Notes under the pieces: generated by a model
Told to the model about the DNA's origin: nothing
What the model saw: the letters and a program-made list of their open reading frames with translations, nothing else
The model's database searches: none
Made by a program: the position numbers and the translations under genes
In this document: positions 7,966 through 14,162 of the stretch, piece after piece
Layout of the letters: each line of letters opens with the position of its first letter
Position numbering within the stretch: position 1 is the stretch's first letter
Assembly: GCA_044359815.1 (NCBI GenBank)
Contig: JBIKLL010000038.1
Span: forward strand, 1-23,910
Length of the DNA: 23,910 nt
Direction of reading: 5' to 3'
From: Pseudobdellovibrionaceae bacterium
Lineage (GTDB): Bacteria > Bdellovibrionota > Bdellovibrionia > Bdellovibrionales > Bdellovibrionaceae

Positions 7966-8322
7966 CTACTTTTTAACGGTGCCCTGATGAAATTCCAACT
8001 GCCATCTATCTGAATTTTTGCGCCAAACAGAACTCCTTAAAAATTGAGTTTTGATTCCAGCGACAGTCGTAATTGAAATGTATGTGATCAAAACAACTTC
8101 GGGAGCCAAAGCTTTAGCTTTGAAATTTATTGATTCGATTTTGGAATCTCCATCCTCGGTGGGAAGCTTTTTTAAGATGTCTTCTCTTGTCCAAAGACTT
8201 CCAGAAGAGCCAAATTCGAAAAAGTCTGGGCTCAATAGACCGGCGATTTTAGCAGCGTTTGAGCGGACTTCAAAAGTATGCAGGCTTTTCTCCAGCTCAA
8301 ATAAAATTTCAAATTTCTCCAT
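7966..8322 (-). CDS. DUF4440 / NTF2-like family protein
   Basis: LLSPDFFEFGSSG, VVLITY, RSSVWRK...WQLEFHQGT; starts immediately after the brnA stop. Confidence 0.9.
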   Translation of the reverse strand: MEKFEILFELEKSLHTFEVRSNAAKIAGLLSPDFFEFGSSGSLWTREDILKKLPTEDGDSKIESINFKAKALAPEVVLITYISITTVAGIKTQFLRSSVWRKNSDRWQLEFHQGTVKK

Positions 8323-8547
8323 TTAAACGGACTTTTTCCATATCGTTTTTGGAGTCATTTTTTGTTCTTTACAGCTTTTTAGAAAATCGTTTACTAACGT
8401 TTGATACGGGACATGGGTTTGTTCGCTTAACTTCTTGAAATACTCGATTACATCAGCATCAAGGCGAATGGTGACACTTTTTTTAAGCTTTTCGATATAA
8501 GGATTGTCAACCAGTTTCATTTTTTTTAAGTCATACTCTTTACGCAT
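8323..8547 (-). CDS. brnA: BrnA-family antitoxin (ribbon-helix-helix)
   Basis: MRKEYDL..MK...NPY, KKSVTIRLDADVIEYFK, PYQTLVN; overlaps the brnT 3' end. Confidence 0.9.
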   Translation of the reverse strand: MRKEYDLKKMKLVDNPYIEKLKKSVTIRLDADVIEYFKKLSEQTHVPYQTLVNDFLKSCKEQKMTPKTIWKKSV

Positions 8548-8749
8548 AAATTTCTCCCTTAAATATTCTCAAAATCATGTTTTTCTGACTGTGCCCAATA
8601 AGAATATACCTATCTTCATCTTCAGAATGGTCTGGGTCATGCCCTAACTTTGCAAGTGGATCATAAAACACTGTTGCGGCCTCCTCAAAAGAGACTCTGT
8701 GCTTTTCAAGATTAGCTTTAGCCTTTTGAGAATCCCATTTGAAGTCCAT
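8540..8749 (-). CDS. brnT: BrnT-family toxin, C-terminally deleted (probably inactive)
   Basis: MDFKWD..KA.ANL.KH.VSFEEAATVFYDP....DPDHSEDEDRYILIG; only 69 aa and lacks the usual IRIISAR segment. Confidence 0.85.
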   Translation of the reverse strand: MDFKWDSQKAKANLEKHRVSFEEAATVFYDPLAKLGHDPDHSEDEDRYILIGHSQKNMILRIFKGEIYA

Positions 8750-8754
8750 GATTT

Positions 8755-8783
8755 ATTGTACATACAAAGTATGTACTCGTAAA
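8755..8783 (-). promoter_or_regulatory. Sigma70-type promoter of brnTA with palindromic operator, probably leaderless
   Basis: Minus strand TTTACG-17 bp-TACAAT, then 5 nt to ATG; perfect GTACATAC-aaa-GTATGTAC (8758-8776) covers the spacer. Confidence 0.7.
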
Positions 8784-8862
8784 GTCAGATTTTTAACTTC
8801 CGATTTTCTGACTCTATCTATATGAATTTATGGTATTTTCTAAAATCTTAAAATGTGATATT

Positions 8863-8993
8863 TGGTGCGGCCGGAGAGATGGCTTCGGGCTCCTGCCCTC
8901 AGCCTTACACTTCGTTTCAGGCCAGCTACGCTGTCCAAAAAGGCCCTCATGGCCTTTTTGCCGAACGGGGAGTTCTCATCTACTCCAACCACA
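8863..8993 (-). ncRNA. RtT-like tRNA-linked structured repeat ending in a tRNA 3'-end copy with CCA
   Basis: Minus strand: TGTGGTTGGAGTAGATG pairs with CATCTCTCCGGCCGCA(CCA); internal GATGAGAA..GTTCG and hairpins CAAAAAGGCC/GGCCTTTTTG, CAGCgtaGCTG, GGGCaggaGCCC. A 20-bp direct repeat links 8861-8880 and 9107-9126. Confidence 0.7.
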
Positions 8994-9136
8994 TCAAAAT
9001 AATTCCCATGGCCCTAGCTTATTTAAAAATGAGTTAGGAGCACAGGCTGTAATCAGCCGAGCACCTCTGTTTGAATTTTTAATTAAGCTAGGGACATGCG
9101 AATTATTTTGGTGCGGCCGGAGAGATTCGAACTCCC
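8968..9136. repeat. Long imperfect inverted repeat overlapping the tRNA 3' half
   Basis: Core arms 8989-9030 and 9075-9116 (37 of 42 Watson-Crick pairs), extendable to 8968/9136; 44-nt GC-richer loop containing GGCTG-taat-CAGCC. Confidence 0.9.
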
Positions 9137-9185
9137 GACACCCTGGTTCGAAGCCAGGTACTCTATCCAGCTGAGCTACGGCCGC
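9109..9185 (-). tRNA. tRNA-Arg (anticodon TCG)
   Basis: GCGGCCG TA GCTC agctggata GAGT A CCTGG ctTCGaa CCAGG gtgtc GGGAG ttcgaat CTCTC CGGCCGC A CCA; 77 nt with encoded CCA. Confidence 0.97.
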
Positions 9186-9248
9186 ACATTCTGTAATGAC
9201 CTGTATTGCTAAATATTTAGCCCATCGAAATTTGATCGGCAATAGCTT

Positions 9249-9884
9249 TCACATAAAAATAATCTGATTACAGATCTGATCCTTCTTTTGACCTTTAAAA
9301 GGGAACTTATCATGCAATACACCCATGCAAAGATTTATCCCCAGCTCAAGCCCTGAAGCTAACCCCTGATCACCGATTTTACTGAGCATTTGCTGCATAA
9401 TGCCCTGCCAATAGTCTTTGGGTACCAGTTTATCGATTTTATCATCAGCCAAAATAACGGCCTGTCTTTCCATCAATGACAGGTAAATTAAAACCCCGGT
9501 TTCGGAATGTGTTTTTGAATTCACTCGTCTGTGAAACTCCAGTTCCGCCATGGCATTGACAGCCATTATTTCGGCCCTATCAGAGGTCAAAAATCTTTTA
9601 ACGAAATCCAATCGATTCAATCCAAAACAAATCCCTAAACCCAAAAAATAAACTACTCCAGAAATCAATTCCTCAGAAGGCAGAAAATTTTGATGAAAGA
9701 CTCCCCAAAATCCAAAAAACACAGCAGACCAACCTAAAATTAACAAAGCAATAACATGATTTGTATGAGCCGACTGTGAAGCTACCACAACCACTAGTTC
9801 GCCTTCGGTTTGCTTTTCAGCCTTGGCAATAGTTTCTTCAAGTCTGATCACATCTTCTTTGGAAAGCAATTTACCAACCGCCAC
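9249..9884 (-). CDS. TPM-domain membrane protein (third gene of lemA operon)
   Basis: IAKAEKQTEGELVVVV, TGVLIYLSLMERQAVILAD. Start reassigned to GTG at 9884, which follows GGAGG. Confidence 0.85.
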   Translation of the reverse strand: MAVGKLLSKEDVIRLEETIAKAEKQTEGELVVVVASQSAHTNHVIALLILGWSAVFFGFWGVFHQNFLPSEELISGVVYFLGLGICFGLNRLDFVKRFLTSDRAEIMAVNAMAELEFHRRVNSKTHSETGVLIYLSLMERQAVILADDKIDKLVPKDYWQGIMQQMLSKIGDQGLASGLELGINLCMGVLHDKFPFKGQKKDQICNQIIFM

Positions 9885-10605
9885 TGGCACCTCCACCGCT
9901 GAATCCACCGCCACCACCTGACCAGCCGCCCCCACCGCCGCCAAATCCTCCACCACCAAATCCGCCACCGCCCCATCCACCGTGACGGGATCGATAACCA
10001 CTGCTGTGATAGGGGATTGCTCCACGTAAAATTCGTGACAGCAGAGACCCGAAAATAAAAAACAATAACATTATAAAGGGCATTTGATTGCCAATCCAAT
10101 TTGCCCAATTTTTGATTTCAAAATTCAAATCCTGCGGCACCAACTGCGGATCCAGTTTGTAAGCCACAGCCGAGGCTCCCATTAAAATTCCCTCAGAAAA
10201 TTGCCCTTTTTTAAAAAAAGGGATCATCTGTTCCCGGATTATTCGCGAGGCCACCACATCTGGCAGATCACCCTCAAGACCTTGACCGACTTCGATACGG
10301 ATTTTACGTTCATCACGTGCAACCAGTATCAAAACACCGTTGTCCTGTTGGGCCGTGCCCAGTTTCCATTTCTCAGCGACTTTTAGGGCTGCGGTTTCTA
10401 TTGTCTCGTTGCCAATAGTTGGAACAGTCAATATGGCCAACTGAGCCTTGCCTTGATTATACAAAGCTCCTGAAACTTTCTGAATTTCCAGTCTCTCGGG
10501 CCGGCTGATCAGCCGGGCTTCATCGTGAATGATTTCGGTCAAGTTAGGAAATTCAAACTCTTGGGCCCAACCAAAACTTAAAAATACAAACAGTAATGAC
10601 AACAT
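9871..10605 (-). CDS. TPM-domain protein (YgcG-like) with Gly-rich tail
   Basis: WKLG...DNGVLILVA..ERKIRIEVGQGLEGDLPD; C-terminal GGGGFSGGGASGGW. Confidence 0.93.
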   Translation of the reverse strand: MLSLLFVFLSFGWAQEFEFPNLTEIIHDEARLISRPERLEIQKVSGALYNQGKAQLAILTVPTIGNETIETAALKVAEKWKLGTAQQDNGVLILVARDERKIRIEVGQGLEGDLPDVVASRIIREQMIPFFKKGQFSEGILMGASAVAYKLDPQLVPQDLNFEIKNWANWIGNQMPFIMLLFFIFGSLLSRILRGAIPYHSSGYRSRHGGWGGGGFGGGGFGGGGGGWSGGGGGFSGGGASGGW

Positions 10606-11186
10606 TAAAATTTAACTTCTGGAGTTTTCTCGGCCGCAGCTTTTTCGGAAGCTTCTAAATCCCATTGAGGCATTTTTTCGTGATGATAAAAAAGTGCATT
10701 AGTCCAGCTGGTCACAGGAACAGTCACCAGATTATTAAATTCTTTTATCGACTCAATAAAACGTTGTCTGGCCACCGTGATGCGATTTTCGGTGCCTTCC
10801 AATTGGGCCTGTAAATCCCTAAAATTAGCATCCGCTTTTAAATTTGGATAGTTTTCGGTGATCGCCAGTAATTTACCCAGAGCCGCGGAAAGAGCGCCTT
10901 GGGCCCTTTGAAACTCAACCAACTGTTGAGCTGATACTTTTGAAGGATCAATCGTCATTTGAGTGGCCTTAGAACGAGCTTCAGTCACGCCTTGCAATGT
11001 ATCTTTTTCGTGTTTTGCATACCCTTTTACCACGTTAACTAGATTTGGAATCAAATCAGCTCGGCGCTTGTATTGATTAGTCACTTCTGCCAAAGAAGCC
11101 TCAGTATTGTTTTTTGCTTTTGGGATTGATTGCAACCCGCAAGAACTCAGTAACACAAATGCAGAAAGATAAAACATCTTTTTCAT
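10605..11186 (-). CDS. lemA: LemA family lipoprotein
   Basis: Lipobox LLSSC, YKRRADLIPNLV, ENYPNLKA, LEGTENRITVAR; RBS AGGAG. Confidence 0.95.
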   Translation of the reverse strand: MKKMFYLSAFVLLSSCGLQSIPKAKNNTEASLAEVTNQYKRRADLIPNLVNVVKGYAKHEKDTLQGVTEARSKATQMTIDPSKVSAQQLVEFQRAQGALSAALGKLLAITENYPNLKADANFRDLQAQLEGTENRITVARQRFIESIKEFNNLVTVPVTSWTNALFYHHEKMPQWDLEASEKAAAEKTPEVKF

Positions 11187-11249
11187 ATAGACTCCTTTTT
11201 TCTAGAGCGCTAAAAGTAACAAACAAATGATTTTAGGAAAACCAAAAAA

Positions 11250-12752
11250 ATGCATGTGATCATAGGCGACGTAGTCTTTGCCGATAAGCCCAGCGGTGTT
11301 ACAACTCACCAATCAAATGCGCATTTATTAGGATATGTCGAATACCTGCAATCCCATTTAGGCACCAGTCTGCACGTAGTGCACAGGCTGGATAGGGAAA
11401 CTACAGGTGCAATTTGTTTTGCCAAATCAAAAAACACAGCTGCTGAATTGTTTGAATTCTTCAATCAAAGAAAAATTAAAAAAACTTATTTGTTTTTGAC
11501 GGCTCAAAAATCCGAAAAAGATGAATTTACTTGTTCAATACCCATTGATGAAAAGCCCAGCGAAACAGTTTTTAAACGGATCAAAAGAAACGCCTTTTGT
11601 GAAATGTGGCAGGCCGAACCACTGACCGGCAGACCCCATCAAATCAGAAAACACGCTCAAGCCTCTGGAATTTCCATCTTAGGTGATCAAACCTATCAGG
11701 GAAAACCTTTTCCGCATTTGTGTTTGCATTCTGCCAGCCTAGAAATCCCCGGGTATCCCAAATGGATCTGCCCAGAACCTCTGTTTTTTAAGCGCATGGG
11801 CCTGGCCATGAACGAACCCGTTGTCAAATTGCTTTCCAGTGCGGATCGCCGACAAAGGCTGTTTGATTTTTTAAAAAATCGTGATGATTGCTTTAGGCTG
11901 TTTCACTTTGAAAACCAAATGGATCTGGCCATCGATAAATTGGGGCCCCAATTATTTATCCTGGAAAATGAAAATCTATCAGATGAATCTTATAAATCAG
12001 AATTTTTGATGGAAGCTTTTTGTGATGCTTTAAACACCCCGAAGATTATCCGTAACCGGGTGGACAGGGGCAGTGCTAATATACTGGGATCAGCTTCTGC
12101 AGGTCAGGATCAGCAATCGCAAACCTGGATGGCTTTTGAAAATTCAAGCCAGTACCATTTTAAATCTGACAGCGGCATGTCAGCAGGATTATTTTTGGAT
12201 CAAAGATTGAATCGCCTGAAGGTCCGAAACCTCGCAGAAGGAAAATCTGTGCTAAATCTATTTGCCTACACCTGCGGCTTCAGTTTGGCGGCCGCACTAG
12301 GCAAGGCCTCAAAAGTCGTCTCGGTTGACACCAGTCAAAACTATCTGGATTGGGGTCAAGAAAACTTTAAGCTGAATCAGTGCCAAGGTGATTTTCAATT
12401 TATCAAGCAAGACTCCATGCTTTATTTAAAGGGCGCTCGAAAACACAAATCACAATTTGATCTGATTATCATCGACCCACCGTCGTTTTCACGAGGCAAC
12501 AAAAACACAAAACCCTTTAAAATTGATAAGGACCTGCCCGAACTGATTCAAAATGCACTGGCCTGCCTGAAACCCAAAGGTCAGATTTTAGTGTGCACTA
12601 ATTTTGAAAAATGGAGTCCTGAAATATTTGAAAAAAAGATTTTAAAATCCATACCTGCAAAGATAAAAATCCAAAGCCTGTCTGGTGACTGGGATTTTGA
12701 ACTACCCGGCACCGAACCCCGCATGAAATCTGCAATACTCAGCCTAATATAA
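11250..12752 (+). CDS. Fusion of RluA-family pseudouridine synthase and RlmI/RlmK-like SAM methyltransferase
   Basis: N-terminal DKPSG, HRLDRETTG, TGRPHQIRKH, ILGDQTY; C-terminal GLFLDQR, VLNLFAYTCGFS, IIIDPPSF. Confidence 0.9.
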   Translation: MHVIIGDVVFADKPSGVTTHQSNAHLLGYVEYLQSHLGTSLHVVHRLDRETTGAICFAKSKNTAAELFEFFNQRKIKKTYLFLTAQKSEKDEFTCSIPIDEKPSETVFKRIKRNAFCEMWQAEPLTGRPHQIRKHAQASGISILGDQTYQGKPFPHLCLHSASLEIPGYPKWICPEPLFFKRMGLAMNEPVVKLLSSADRRQRLFDFLKNRDDCFRLFHFENQMDLAIDKLGPQLFILENENLSDESYKSEFLMEAFCDALNTPKIIRNRVDRGSANILGSASAGQDQQSQTWMAFENSSQYHFKSDSGMSAGLFLDQRLNRLKVRNLAEGKSVLNLFAYTCGFSLAAALGKASKVVSVDTSQNYLDWGQENFKLNQCQGDFQFIKQDSMLYLKGARKHKSQFDLIIIDPPSFSRGNKNTKPFKIDKDLPELIQNALACLKPKGQILVCTNFEKWSPEIFEKKILKSIPAKIKIQSLSGDWDFELPGTEPRMKSAILSLI

Positions 12753-13092
12753 CTGCGTTAAAAGTACTTAACTTTCATTCCGTATAGCCGGCCCAGAACT
12801 GCAATTTTACTAGATTCATTTGGCTGCCATTAATGTGTTTCTGAATTTGAATTTTAAAAAATCTAAATATTTGATTTTATTTTAAAAGACCCTCTGCGGA
12901 GCCTGGACGGCGGGGGCTTGGCCCGAGCAGAGAAGCAGGAGCTGTGGTCTTTTTAAATAAAAATATTTAGATTTTTTAAAATTCAAATTCAGAAACACAA
13001 TTGAGATAGCTAAATAAATTCAAAAATCCAAATTAAAATATCAGTTCTGGGTCGGCCAATACAGATGGAATTTGTGTTTTTTTAACGCAGTT
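12751..13092. repeat. ~340-bp foldback (long inverted repeat) filling a convergent intergenic region
   Basis: 39-bp perfect arms 12834-12872/12961-12999; further paired blocks 12877-12891/12946-12960, 12787-12801/13042-13056, 12751-12763/13080-13092; GC-rich 54-nt loop. Confidence 0.93.
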
Positions 13093-14131
13093 CTTTGGCC
13101 ATCTTGACGGCTTGGTATGCATCCACCACTCCACCGCAGCTAAATTTGTCGGCTAGTGCTGAAACCTTGCGGCAGCTATCAATCAAAATCTGCTTTACCT
13201 GTTCTGCCTTCAACGAAGGATTTGCAGATCGAATCAGGCCAGCAACTGCGGCTACCATCGGCGCAGAAAAAGAAGTCCCATTAGCATGATACCATTTCCC
13301 ATCAATCCAAGGTCCTATGATATTGAACCCAGGAGCTCCCACGTGAACAAATTTGGGACTGAAGTTTGAAATGGTTGACCAATTGTCCTTGGGCGTAGAC
13401 CCACCCACTGTGATCATATTAGGTTCATTAAAATTTGCAGGCCACAATGGATTTTTATCTGAATTTTCACCATCATTACCTGCTGAAACCACAACCAAAA
13501 TATCTTTGGTCCCAGCATATCTGATGGCATTTCGAATCAATAAAGACTTTTCGTCAGAGGCAAAAGAATAATTAATAATTTTAGCACCGTGATCAGCAGC
13601 ATATTTAAAAGCGCTGACGGCGTCTTCGGTGTCGCCAAACCCTTCGGAATTAGAAAACCTAAGAGGCATAATTTTACAAGCAGGACAAATGCCGACACTG
13701 CCATGGCCGTTGTCAGGTTGAGCCGCTATGATGCCCGCGATAAAAGTTCCATGTCCGTTATCATCATAGGGCAAAAACATTTCGTCTTCCCAATTCCAGC
13801 CAATGATATCATCGATAAAACCGTTTTTATCGTTGTCTTCCTTATCCCTTTGGATCTCTGATGGGTTCCACCAAATCGCATCGTAAATATCCGGATCATT
13901 ATAAACCACACCGCTGTCTATGATGGCTATCACAGTGGAAGCCTCACCCTTGGTGATTGTCCAAGCTTGCTCTACATTCAGATTTTTAAGATGCCAAGAT
14001 TTTGGTAAAAAGGGATCCCCGGATTTTCCACTGTCCTGGGGCTTAGCGGGATAAGGAACCTTTCCCTTGTAAGCCCATAGGCTGGTTGATATCAAGCACA
14101 CCCAACAGAAAATAAATAATTTTTTTACCAT
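13082..14131 (-). CDS. Secreted S8 (subtilisin-family) serine protease
   Basis: Signal peptide; catalytic motifs IAIIDSG, HGTFIAG, SAGN, GTSFSAP; Ca-binding-type DNDKNGFIDDIIGWN. Confidence 0.95.
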   Translation of the reverse strand: MVKKLFIFCWVCLISTSLWAYKGKVPYPAKPQDSGKSGDPFLPKSWHLKNLNVEQAWTITKGEASTVIAIIDSGVVYNDPDIYDAIWWNPSEIQRDKEDNDKNGFIDDIIGWNWEDEMFLPYDDNGHGTFIAGIIAAQPDNGHGSVGICPACKIMPLRFSNSEGFGDTEDAVSAFKYAADHGAKIINYSFASDEKSLLIRNAIRYAGTKDILVVVSAGNDGENSDKNPLWPANFNEPNMITVGGSTPKDNWSTISNFSPKFVHVGAPGFNIIGPWIDGKWYHANGTSFSAPMVAAVAGLIRSANPSLKAEQVKQILIDSCRKVSALADKFSCGGVVDAYQAVKMAKELR

Positions 14132-14162
14132 AAGACAATCGGACTATTTGTCCAATAAACTG

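Noticed and set aside
6380..8326. Plus-strand twin ORFs 6380..6643 and 8051..8326
   Set aside because: Antisense shadows of the two DUF4440 copies.
6747..9126. CRISPR array suggested by the recurring TTTGGTGCGGCC
   Set aside because: The repeats are 13-20 bp, spaced 0.25-1.2 kb apart, match the tRNA 3' end, and no cas genes are present.
8830..9242. ORFs 8830..9174, 8855..9037 and 8994..9242
   Set aside because: They are translations of the tRNA and its linked repeat.
9885..10108. N-terminal extension of 9249..10025 and Trp/Arg-rich ORF 9848..10108
   Set aside because: Alternative-frame readings of the Gly-rich tail of the upstream TPM gene.
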